Source of the DNA: Blastocladiella emersonii ATCC 22665
Taxonomy: Eukaryota > Fungi > Blastocladiomycota
DNA: 64,000 bases
NCBI GenBank assembly: GCA_025594325.1
Contig: JANHCV010000001.1
Coordinates: forward strand, 1,798,001-1,862,000
Reading direction: 5' to 3'
Below are positions 45,784 through 56,207 of this stretch, piece after piece. The notes under the pieces are model-generated. The model ran no database searches and was not told the DNA's origin. It worked only from the letters and a program-made list of their open reading frames with translations. Position numbers and translations under genes: made by a program. How positions within the stretch are numbered: the stretch's first letter is position 1; each line of letters begins with the position of its first letter.

Positions 45784-48700
45784 ATGCAGAAGCCGCCGCC
45801 ACCGAGCAACTCGAGCCGTGACCCGCCACGCGCCTACACGCCCGAATACGTCAAGGAACTCCGCAAGGAGCGCGACCTCTACGCGCGCACCCTGCTCAAC
45901 TCGGTCGGAAATGCCCAGCAGGGCGCCAACTCGCCGCCCGCCTTCCACGACCTCCACCTGAGCGGCCACCGCAACTCGACCGCTGGCCGCCGCGAGAGCA
46001 TCTCGCGCGCCGTCACCGCCAACAACAGCCCCGCGGGCCTCTCCAACTCGCGCTTCAACCTCTCGGGCTCGCAGACCGCGCTCCACTCGCTCTCAGCCGC
46101 CGCCATCGGCTCGTCCACGGACGGCGTCATCTCGCCTCCCTCCTCGCGCACCCCGGCCTCGGGCAGCGCCGTCGTCGTCGGCCGCGGCACCTCGTCCACC
46201 AGCCGCCCGGGATCCACCTACTCGCTCAACGCCAGCAACAACCCGCACCACGCGCCCCAGCAGCTCCTCGCGTCCGGCTCGCTCCGCGGCGGCACCAGCG
46301 CTTCCGCCTTTGCCAACACTGCCATGAGCCAAACTACCCGGCGCCGAGCGTCGGTCATCAGCTTCAACAGCACCAACTCGCGCGCCCGCGGGCCTAACGC
46401 CGGCCGGCCGTCGATCGCCGTCCCCGCCGGCAGTATTGGGTCGAATGGGACCCCGCGATCCGACGAGCGGCTCAAGAACCAGGGCGGTCCGCTCGCGAGC
46501 AGCTCATCGTACGTTTCCTCACTCGCTCGCTCGGCTCGGCTGTGGTCCCGCTCGTCGCTCACCATTGTCCCGCGCGCGCGAGTGTAGTATACAAAAGCTG
46601 CCGCTGTCCAACTCAGCGTCCAAGGTCGGCACCATGGAGGACGGCTTCGACCCCGTCGTCGGCAGCGTGCGGCTGCAGATGGGCTTCCACTACCTGTGGT
46701 ACGGCTGCCTGCTCTTCATCGGCTACTCGGTCAGCTGGATCGGCGCCATCCGGCCCGTCACCATCTCCATCTGTACGTTTGGTCTCGCCCCACTCCTCGC
46801 CGCCACCGACCGTCAACTGACGCGCACGACGAGTAGACTTTGCGACGGCCTTCATCATCACGCAGTTCTCGCGCGTGCTGTACGCGTCCAACGAGTTCTC
46901 GCTGATCCCGCTGTACCTGTCGTTCCTGCCCTTCTTCGAGTTTTGCCTGCTGTCGCGCGAGGGCCACATTCTCTTCTCGGTGCTGTGGTTCATCTCGCTC
47001 ATGATCGTCAACATGCAGTGCGGCGCGAGCTCGCTGACCCGCCACATAGTCGCGTCGTCCGTGTGCCTGCTCGTCACGTACGTGCTGGCCGTCGGCCTCA
47101 TGTACGAGCACTCGGCCATCAACATCTTCAACGTGGCCAACGGCAAGTACATCCGCGAGCTCGGGCCCATCGACATCAACCTCGCCAGCGAGGGCACCTT
47201 CCTCGTCTTCATGGTGCTGCTCCAGCTCGGCCTGTTCATGCTGCAGCGCTTCATCAAGCGGTACGCAACCTTCCTCATCGACCGCCAGCGCCGCATGCAG
47301 CGCCTGCAGGCCGCCAACGCCGAGCTTCAGGACAAGCTCAAGCTGCTCAAGGTCGACGTGAACCTGGACCTCGACACCCCGATCACCAAGGTCATCCGCA
47401 TCATCAAGTCGATCCAGGCCAAGGAGGACATGGACGGCGAGGTCATCGAGTCGCTCGACTACGTCATCGGCATCCTCTCGTCCAACAAGCTGTTCAACAT
47501 CGACCTCGGCGCCTTTAAGGAGAACATCGACAACGAGGTCAAGAGCTGGCTCGACAACATGCTCCAGGCCAAGGAGACGCACCCGTCGCCCGAGCTCAAC
47601 AACGGCAACGGGATCGCCTTCACCCCGCCGCCGCAGCCGCCCGCGCAGGACGCCGCGAGCACGCTCGGCCCGAGCGCCGGACCCGCGTCCACGTCGGGCG
47701 CCATCACGGCGGCCACGTCCACCATCTCGGTCGCGCCTGGGTCCACGACGAGCCCCGCGTCGGGCGACGACGGACACGCCGAGCCCACGTCGATCCAGGT
47801 CGTCGACCACGCGTCCATGGCCGCGGCCACCTCGGCTGCAGCTGCAGCGGCCGCTGCCGCCGCGGCGGGAGCGTCTTCCGGCATGGCCGAGGACCCGCAC
47901 GGGTTCGCGGCGATCCCCGAGATCATCTACAAGCCGGTGCTCGCCAACGACACGCTGATCCAGCAGGCGCTGACGAGCGCCGAGACGTGGGACTTCAACT
48001 GCTTCGAGCTGGCGCAGGTGACCAACGGGCGGCCGCTGTACTACTTTGCGCAGCACGTGTTCGCGTACAACGACTTCTACGCGACGTTTGGGCTCGACCA
48101 CGGCAAGGTCGAGAAGTTTTTCACGCGGCTCGAGGCCGGGTACCGCGTCAACCCGTACCACAACTCGATCCACGCTGTCGACGTGATGCACGGCGCGCAC
48201 TACTTCCTCGCGACGCTCGGCATGAGCGACCTGATCAGCATCGAGGAGCGGCTCGCGTGTCTCCTGGCCGCGAGCTGCCACGACGTGGACCACCCGGGCG
48301 TGTCCAACGCGTTCCTCGTCGAGACGCGGTGCGACCTCGCGGTCCGGTACAACGACCAGTCGGTGCTCGAGAACCACCACGCGGCCAAGGCGTTCGAGCT
48401 GCTGCTCGGCAACAACGAGACCAACTTCCTGGCCTCGCTGCCCAAGAACACGGTGCAGCACCTGCGCCAGTGCATGATCCGCATGGTGCTGGCCACCGAC
48501 ATGGCCATGCACTACGAGCTGCACACCAAGTTCAAGAACAAGGTGCAGGGCGCCGGCATCAACGTCAAGGACGTCAAGGACCGGCAGCTGCTCATGGAGA
48601 TCGCCATCAAGTGCGCGGACGTGAGCAACCCGACGCGGCCGCCGCAGCTGTCGCAGAAGTGGACCGAGCTCGTCATGGCCGAGTTCTACCTGCAGGGCGA

Positions 48701-49172
48701 CATTGAGCGGGCGCGCGGGATCCCGATCTCGCGGTTCATGGACCGCCAGAACCCGGGCGTCGGCAAGTGCCAGATCGGCTTCATCGAGTTCGTCGTGCTC
48801 CCGCTCTACGAGACGTGGGACGCGTACATCAACGAGGACGACCAGTTCCTTGGCCTCCAGCACCTCGCCACCAACCGCGAGTTCTGGAAGTCGTACGTCG
48901 ACCCGCCGCCCACCACCCCGCTCACGCTGTCCGACATCCCAACACCCGACTACCTCAAGCCCGCCCTCGCGAAACCCACGGTCGTCCCGCCCTTCGACCA
49001 CGTCTTCTCGGGCCTCCCGACCGTCTGCAACATGACCCTCCCCTCGCCGTGCCTCGCCGCCGGCGAGCGCCACCGCGACATCAACGAGGCCGAGGCCAGC
49101 GGCAAGGCGTCCGTCGCGGGCGCCGCGGCCGCCATGAACGGCGGTGGCGGCCACGGCGGCGGTGAATCGTGA
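45784..49172 (+). CDS. Class I cyclic nucleotide phosphodiesterase with multi-pass N-terminal membrane domain
   Basis: Catalytic motifs YHNSIHAVDV, HDVDHPGVSN, SVLENHH, LATDM, IKCADVSNP, EFYLQGD and CQIGFI. About six hydrophobic helices plus a coiled coil upstream. Introns at about 46509-46587 and 46772-46836. Confidence 0.92.
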
Positions 49173-49261
49173 ACTTGGTGGACTGGTGTATTTTATAGTA
49201 CTACGCGCGTAAATAGACGGCTAGAAAGAACAATACTCTGGTGGTGAAGATGGTTGGTTGG

Positions 49262-51151
49262 TTAGCTCGAAACGACCGGGTGGTAGCCCGTCGGACTGCC
49301 GAGCGACGCGAGCCGCTCGCGCGAAGTGCTGCCCGCGGGCTCGTCCTGGTCGCGGAGCTCGAGGACCACGGCGCCGCCGCTTTCGCGATCTTGCGCCAGG
49401 GCCTCCTTCTCGACGGCACCCTTGGCGGCAAAGTACACGGACTCGGCGGCGTTGTGGATCGAGGTGACGGCGCCGGCCGCGACGAGGAGCCGGCGGCCGT
49501 GCGCGTCGACGCCAACGAACCGCATGTGCCCGCCCTGCGTGCGGAACCAGGTCTTGGCGGCGGCCTGGAGCACCGCGACGGCGCTATGGTCGTGGAGCCG
49601 CGCGTGCGCGAGGTCGATGGTCACGGAGCGCGGGTCGGCTGGAGCCGGCGCGAGCTGCCGCTCCATGGTCGACGCCGACGTGAAGAAGACGGGACCCGTG
49701 ATACGGATGGTCAGCTCGATGTCGCTTGTCGCGCGGTCGATGCGAACGAGGCTTGCCGACTCCCACGCGAACACGACGGCGGACCACAGCACGCCCGTCA
49801 GGACGCCGATGGCGAGGTCCGCGACGACGGCGAGGACCGAGACGAGGAGCACGGTCACCGAGTCCTGCCACCGCATCTCGCGGCGGAACAGGTACCGCCA
49901 GGTGCGCCACTCGAACGTGTGGATCACGACGATGAACAGGATCCCCGTCAGCGAGGCGACGGGGAGCAGCTCGATGGCGGGGCCCGCGACGGCGATGATG
50001 AGCAGAATCCAGAGTGACGCGGTCACAGACCCGAGTCGGCCGCGCGAGCCTGCCATGACGTTGAGCGAGGACTGGCCGACCATGGCAGACCCGCCGATCG
50101 TCGAGAAGAGCGACGCGACGAGGTTACCGAGCCCCTGCGCGACCTGCTCCTGGAACCCGGCGTGGCGCGGGACCTCGCGCTTGGCGAGCCCGGCGCACAG
50201 CTCGAGCGTCATGAGCGACTCGACGGACCCGATGGCCGTCAGCGTCGCGGCGAAGCGGAAGACGGTGCCCCAGTGCGGGCTGCCGAGCGGGAGCGACGGG
50301 AACGCAAAGGGCAGGAACGCGCCGCGCAGCGTGGCGACGTCGCCGACGGTCTTGGTGCGCACGCCGAACCCGAGCCGGTACACGAGGTGCTCGACCAGCG
50401 TGGTCAGGATCATGGCCGTCAGCGACGACGGGATCACGCGTGATGTGACGGTGATGGGACCCAGGCGCAGCGTGCCGCGGATCCGGGGCTGGAACTCCAT
50501 GGCGACCATAGCGAGCAGGACGAGAAGCAGGACGAGCCACAGCTCGAGCTCGCCGAAACTGAGCCACCGCTGCGGGCCCATGGTTGGGATGACGGACGGC
50601 GGACAGCCAGCCGGCTCGCTCAGTGTCGCCATGGCCGCAGCTGAGTTGGAGGTATCGGTCACCTTGAACGCGGTGAGCTGCGCGAGGCCGATCACGATGG
50701 CGAGCCCGTTGGCGAACCCGACGTGGACCGGGTACGGGAGAAGGCGCAGCAGCTTGTGTGCCTGAAAGACGCCGAGCAGGATCTGCATCACGCCCGTGAC
50801 GAACATAGTCATGTACAGGATCTGGAGCCGGTCGGCGCTGCACAGCTCGACGAGCGCGCCCGTCGTCGGCGCGACGATGTGGTTCTGGACGACGGCCATG
50901 GCGCCGGCCATACCCGAGATCATGCCCGACATACCGCCGAGCGCCGCCGCGAACAGGCCGATGAAGAAGGTCGACTGGAGGCCCTGCATGGGCGCGATTC
51001 CCGCGGTGAAGGCGAACGCGCTCGATTCGGGGACCTGCATGATGGCAACCGCGAGGCCGTTGAGCAGCTCGGTCTTGAGCTGGACCGGGTTGCGGGCGTA
51101 GAACTTGGCCGACTCGCTCGCGTGGCTGGCCAGCGCGCCCGGCGCCTGCAT
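49262..51151 (-). CDS. SulP/SLC26 anion transporter with STAS domain, bacterial-like subtype
   Basis: ELLNGLAVAIMQVPESSAFAFTAG, GMISGMAGAMAV, GFANGLAIVIG, IGSVESLMT, QGLGN...GGSAMVGQS.LN..G.RGRL, and STAS GPVFFTSA...VTIDL...D.SAV. Intronless; probable start MQAPG at 51151. Confidence 0.9.
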   Translation of the reverse strand: MQAPGALASHASESAKFYARNPVQLKTELLNGLAVAIMQVPESSAFAFTAGIAPMQGLQSTFFIGLFAAALGGMSGMISGMAGAMAVVQNHIVAPTTGALVELCSADRLQILYMTMFVTGVMQILLGVFQAHKLLRLLPYPVHVGFANGLAIVIGLAQLTAFKVTDTSNSAAAMATLSEPAGCPPSVIPTMGPQRWLSFGELELWLVLLLVLLAMVAMEFQPRIRGTLRLGPITVTSRVIPSSLTAMILTTLVEHLVYRLGFGVRTKTVGDVATLRGAFLPFAFPSLPLGSPHWGTVFRFAATLTAIGSVESLMTLELCAGLAKREVPRHAGFQEQVAQGLGNLVASLFSTIGGSAMVGQSSLNVMAGSRGRLGSVTASLWILLIIAVAGPAIELLPVASLTGILFIVVIHTFEWRTWRYLFRREMRWQDSVTVLLVSVLAVVADLAIGVLTGVLWSAVVFAWESASLVRIDRATSDIELTIRITGPVFFTSASTMERQLAPAPADPRSVTIDLAHARLHDHSAVAVLQAAAKTWFRTQGGHMRFVGVDAHGRRLLVAAGAVTSIHNAAESVYFAAKGAVEKEALAQDRESGGAVVLELRDQDEPAGSTSRERLASLGSPTGYHPVVSS

Positions 51152-51979
51152 AACTGGTCGGTCGGCTCGGCGTGTGAGCGGGGCTCGAATTCGCATGTTT
51201 CCCTGGTGGTACTCGACGGACCTTTGCGGCCGACCGAGGTTGCACCAAGTGTCAATCGTCGATAGAGCTCCATGGTAGTGTTTGATGTTGAGGGAGGGGA
51301 GAGGTGAAGCGCGGGGACGTCTGAGGACATGTTCGCGGCTGAGGCGTCCCGAATCGCCAGATCGCGATCCCATCCTGATCATCACAGTCACGAGAACCGA
51401 GAAGGTCAAACTCATGAATCAAGCTGTATAGGCACAAGCTTTCCGTGGACACGATTCAGAGAAGTCCATAGCGGAGACGGCGCCGGTCTCGGCGCCGTTC
51501 ACGACCGTGCTGGCGCCGACAAAGCCGTTGCCGTCCTGCACCTGGCCCCGCTCAAGCTTGCCGTTGCGATCGATCAAACACGTCGGCCGCGACCGAGTCG
51601 TCGCCTTTCGCGCTGAGTTGAGTCTCGTAGTACCGTCGCCGTTGACCCCGCAGGCGGCCATGGCCGGGTACTCGTCGGCATCAGAGCTCGTCGTCGCATC
51701 CTACAGCGCGTCGCCGTTGGCGTCGCCCCCCAAGCTGAACTGACCCGTCGGTCGACGTGTACATGGCCGCGCTGGCGGCATCCATCACCGATCTGGCCAT
51801 CGACGATGCCCAGACCGCCGCATGTGATCAACCGTCACGCCATGATCCGCGAGATGATGTCCCATTTGATAGCGATGTGTGTCGAGTTGAAGAAGATGCA
51901 ACAATAAGAACTTGCAAGCAAGCAAAGTCGACATTTGCAACTTGCGCACGCTCTTCGAGCTCCACGCACAAGACTAGCC

Positions 51980-53168
51980 GTCACGGCGCCCGCATCGGCT
52001 TCTACCAGGGCGACACCCTCAAGCTGCTCGACGACGTGTGCGTGCTGCGCCCGACGTGCTTCATCTCGGTGCCGCGCCTGTTCAACCGCATCTACGACAA
52101 GGTGCTGGCCGGCGTCAAGCAGAAGGGCGGCGTCGCCGAGTACCTGTTCAACACGGCGTACGCGCAGAAGAAGGCGGCCCTCAAGCGCAACACGGTCACG
52201 CACTACCTGTGGGACAAGCTCGTCTTCGCCAACGTGCGCGCCAAGCTCGGCGGCCGCGTCCGGTTCCTGTTCACGGGCTCGGCGCCCATCTCGCCCGACG
52301 TCATGGACTTCCTCAAGATCTGCTTCTCGTGCGACGTCCTCGAGGGCTACGGCCAGACCGAGACCGCCGCCGGCATCTCCATCACCTTCGCCGGCGACTA
52401 CAGCTCGGGCCACATCGGCGTGCCCATGGCGTGCGGCGAGGTCAAGCTGCTCGACGTGCCGTCCATGAACTACACGTCCAAGGACGAGCCGTGCCCGCGC
52501 GGCGAGATCCTCATCCGCGGCAACCAGGTCTTCCAGGGCTACTACAAGGAGCCCAAGAAGACGGCCGAGACCCTCACGGCCGACGGCTGGTGCCGCACCG
52601 GCGACGTCGGCATGTGGGACGAGATGGGCCGCCTCGTCATCATTGACCGCGTCAAGAACATCTTCAAGCTCGCGCAGGGCGAGTACATTGCTCCCGAGGT
52701 ACCTATCTCTCGTGGTAGTGGTGACATCGTTTCCACAACACGTACTCACGATCTGTTTTGCACTCGCTCGTGTAGAAAATCGAGAACGTGTACCAGAAGC
52801 ACGAGCTGGTCGCGCAGGCCTTCGTGTACGGCGACTCGCTCCAGGCGTCGCTCGTCGGCGTCGTTGTGCCCGACGAGCACGCCTTCATGCGGTGGGTGCC
52901 GACGTGCGGCGTCGAGGTGGCCGAGGACGCGTCGTTCGCGGACCTGTGCGCCAACCCCGAGGTCGCCAAGAAGCTGCTGGCCGTGATTGTCGCGTTCGGC
53001 AAGGCCAGCGGCCTGTTCGGCTTCGAGCAGCTGCGCGAGATCCGCCTCGACACGGAGCAGTTCACGGTCGAGAACAACCTGCTCACGCCCACCTTCAAGC
53101 TCAAGCGCCAGGACGCGGCCAAGAAGTACCGCGCCGAGATTGACGCCATGTACGCCGCCATGGCGTAA
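51980..53168 (+). pseudogene. Long-chain fatty acyl-CoA synthetase (FAA/ACSL), C-terminal half only
   Basis: HGARIGFYQGD, SVPRLFNRIY, GSAPI, EGYGQTE, GEILIRG, GW.RTGDVG, IIDRVKNIFKLAQGEYIAPE|KIEN, NNLLTPTFKLKR. No N-terminal half or YTSGTTG P-loop is encoded upstream. Confidence 0.7.
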
Positions 53169-53551
53169 TGAGGGAACCCCAACGATATCAAGGTGGAAAA
53201 AAAAACTGCCAAAAGAACGAGAACAAGGACTCGGCCGCCGCGACGTCTTCTACATGCTGCAGCTCGCAGAGGAGACTGAGGACGTCTGGTGGTCGTTCCC
53301 GTGTACATAAAAATACAGCTCACCACACTTCAACCAAATCGACCGGCTTGTCCTCGCTGAGAGATAAGAGAGGGACCGCACGAGGTGGGCGGATCGTGGT
53401 CAAGGCGCATGGCGACGCGACCTGAGCCTCAATGTCGGTGGATGTGGTCGCAGCCATGGCTAAGGTGGCCGTGCCCATGGTCGCGATCATCGCCTTGGCC
53501 AACAGTTGACGACCTGGAGCAAAAGGAGCGCACCGTTCGCGGGCGGCAAAA

Positions 53552-53622
53552 TGCATGCACCGGGAATCGAACCCGGAGCTCTACCTTGGGAGGGTAGAAT
53601 TTTACCATTAAACCATGCATGC
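53552..53622 (-). tRNA. tRNA-Gly(CCC), copy 2
   Basis: Reverse complement GCATGCATGGTTTAATGGTAAAATTCTACCCTCCCAAGGTAGAGCTCCGGGTTCGATTCCCGGTGCATGCA followed by TTTT. Confidence 0.95.
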
Positions 53623-54538
53623 GCTGGTGAGCAGTCTTCGAGAGGCTTGATGACTTTACTCGGGGCGACCCGCATATGCTTCGAGCTCGGCGCACCAGTT
53701 CAGCCGCCGCTTCGCTGCTCGCACCCGCGTCAAGGGTCATTCGTCGGGGCCCACCCAAGCTGCCGTCTTTGCATTGTCGCCGAGGTGGAAGTCAACCTGT
53801 GGCTTCCCATCAGTGCGCCGAACCACAGAAAGTCCATACAATCCATCAAATCGTTCATTGCATTAAGTGGAGGCCCGGAGTAGGTCAAGCGTCGGCAGCG
53901 GGGTGGGTCGCCGGGGAGCGGCTGCCGGAGGTGGGACGATAAAAAAGTGTCTCGCAACCACCGCGTGATCGCAGCGCGTCTCACAAACGCGTTGTCGACA
54001 CGCCTCCCCGCTCGCTCGTCTACTGTCGACGGAGCCATCCTCGTTTCTCTCGAGGTCTCCGATTCCGGTTCCTCACACATAATCCACGCGAATGAGCGGC
54101 GGTCCACTGATTCGCCCGCGGTCCGCCCAGCGCGAAGTCGCAGCGACAGGCCTTCTCGCCTGTGTGCAGCTGGTTCGACTGAGGGCACATACCAAAGCCG
54201 GCTACTGCAATAACTGAATCTGTATCGACCATAGTCAAAGTATCAAACGCAGAAAAACGTGAGCAAATGGGCAGATATGAACGCAAGCCAAAGTGCATAT
54301 AGGCAGTCGACTGGAAGCTCGCTGAGCAGCCGCTCGAATACAAAAGCAAGGCCCATCCCCCACTCCTCCCTCCTCGCTCCCCAACCCGGTATCGTTAGGT
54401 GCCCTCCCCTGTACTCTCAAGTTTGCCCCTCAAGCACAACTTCTCGAGTACGCCCTTGTACACTCCCGTACAAGACCATCGACGACGACAAGAACACTCG
54501 CGCCCGCGCACCACATTGCCACACGGAACTTCATCATC

Positions 54539-55861
54539 ATGTCGCCCATCCTCAGCATCATGTCGCTCCCGACTGGCATCCGTGCTCGCGCGCCCGTCTT
54601 CTCGACCTCGTCGACCCGCACTGCTCCCATGGCGGCCCCGGTTCCGTCCAAGAACCTCGCCGCCGCCTCGGTTGCAGTTGCGCCCAACACGTTCCTCGCC
54701 TCGGCCAGCCGTCCCACGATGGCCGCCAAGACCCAGGAGCAGCAAATTCAGCCGCTCGCCTACCACGTCGGCAACCTCGCCGACTCGGGCGTCCTGGCCA
54801 CCACCCCGACCCACTCGGCCGAGCGCATCCAGTGCGACTCGCCGACGGGGTCCAAGTTCAACATCAGCAACGCGGCCGGTGTGCGTCGTGTGCACGCGCA
54901 TGCGACGGCCGCCGCGGCCGCGGTTCGCCACGCGGCCCAGTCGGCCTCGTACGCCGTTCGCCGCGCCGCGGTTGGGACGGCGACCGCCGGCAACCGCGCC
55001 GCCTCGCGACTCGGGCAGCTGCTGAGCAGTCGCCGCTGCAGCCAGCAGCGGCAGGCTGCCCCGCTGACGGGTCTCGCGGCGACGCTCGAGTCCATGGCGC
55101 GCAACGGCGACCCGCTCGCGTGCCCCGGCGTGTGCGGCGAGCGCCCCGCCGAGATTGACCGGCTGTTCGACGAGTACAAGCTCGGTTCGGCCCGCTTCTT
55201 TGGCGGCGCGTCGGACCAGTACCCGGACCAGAGCATCTGGGAGCACCAGGCGCTCGGCCGCGTCGAGGAGATCATGCCCGCGGTCCTCCTCGACTTTCTC
55301 GGCCCGCAGCTCGCCGAGTTCCGTGCCAAGCAGGCGCTCTCGCCCGCGGCCATCCAGCAGATTGCCGCCGTGCTCCGCGAGCATCGCGAGGTGTACCAGC
55401 ACATTGCGCCGCGCTTCGACCCGGCCAACGACAAGCTGCTCCCGCGCGAGGTCCCCCGCGACATGCTCCTCCGCTCCCCGCTCCTGCGATCGGCCATGGA
55501 GGCGCTGGACGCCAAGATTACGCCGATGCTGCGGTGCCACCGTCGTCGGTCGGAGCCGCAGCAGCAGGGCAGCGGCGGGAGCAGTGTCGCCGAGACCGCG
55601 TTCCGCACGGAGCAGCAGGCGGCCGACTTTTGGGCGTACATGCGGTACATGGGCCGCGTGCACGACGCGCACGTGCAGTTCGGCAACTACGAGGCCGGCA
55701 TTGCGGCGCGCAATCTCGCGTCGCTGGCGGTGCTGCACCTCACGGGCGTTGACGTGTACGAAGGGTGCGACTACAAGGCGTGGGAGCGCCAGCCGGCCGT
55801 CGACCGCGACGCGTCCGAGGTGCTCTACTACCTGTTTGCGTTCAGCCGTATTGGCTTCTAG
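54539..55861 (+). CDS. Hypothetical protein (orphan; low-complexity N-terminus, predicted helical C-terminal domain)
   Basis: Intronless 440 aa ORF with host-like GC3 bias, followed by an AT-rich 3' flank. No family recognised. Confidence 0.7.
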   Translation: MSPILSIMSLPTGIRARAPVFSTSSTRTAPMAAPVPSKNLAAASVAVAPNTFLASASRPTMAAKTQEQQIQPLAYHVGNLADSGVLATTPTHSAERIQCDSPTGSKFNISNAAGVRRVHAHATAAAAAVRHAAQSASYAVRRAAVGTATAGNRAASRLGQLLSSRRCSQQRQAAPLTGLAATLESMARNGDPLACPGVCGERPAEIDRLFDEYKLGSARFFGGASDQYPDQSIWEHQALGRVEEIMPAVLLDFLGPQLAEFRAKQALSPAAIQQIAAVLREHREVYQHIAPRFDPANDKLLPREVPRDMLLRSPLLRSAMEALDAKITPMLRCHRRRSEPQQQGSGGSSVAETAFRTEQQAADFWAYMRYMGRVHDAHVQFGNYEAGIAARNLASLAVLHLTGVDVYEGCDYKAWERQPAVDRDASEVLYYLFAFSRIGF

Positions 55862-56207
55862 TTTTCTTTTGTTCTTCTACATATACCTCGTTTTCTCTTG
55901 TTTTCCTTGCATGGTTGATTGATGTGCTGTCGCGTCCGCAACGCGTCTTTGGTCAGAGTTGAGCCACCCCCGCTGCGCGCGCGTGTTCCTCCCTTGCTCG
56001 TCCGCACCAACGTGTCAAGCTGGCAGCTCTGTAGGCGAACAAAGGCCGTGGACTCTCCGATCTGGAGGCGGTTCGCCAGCACCAAATGCCGAGTTGTCCG
56101 AAAGTTGTTGGACGAGCTCAAAAGCGCGGACCAGATCAACTCGCACGACGAGAGAGCCAATGGGAGATGTGCAAACGATGTATATACAGTGTAAACGCGA
56201 CAATCGC

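Noticed and set aside
46600-47300. Rhodopsin-phosphodiesterase (RhoPDE) interpretation of the TM-PDE
   Set aside because: Only about six helices are visible and there is no retinal-binding Lys motif (DxxxK) in the last helix.
19008-51151. Carbonic anhydrase plus SulP as a bicarbonate-handling gene cluster
   Set aside because: They are about 30 kb apart with many unrelated genes between them; there is no evidence of clustering.
28945-53622. tRNA copies as SINEs or boundaries of an integrated element or segmental duplication
   Set aside because: The flanks share no similarity, there is no target-site duplication or integrase, and the intervening genes are ordinary intron-containing host genes.
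55640-55730. Possible Fic/Doc motif in the orphan ORF (VHDAHVQFGNYEAG)
   Set aside because: Does not fit HPFx[DE]GN[GK]R; the resemblance is too weak.
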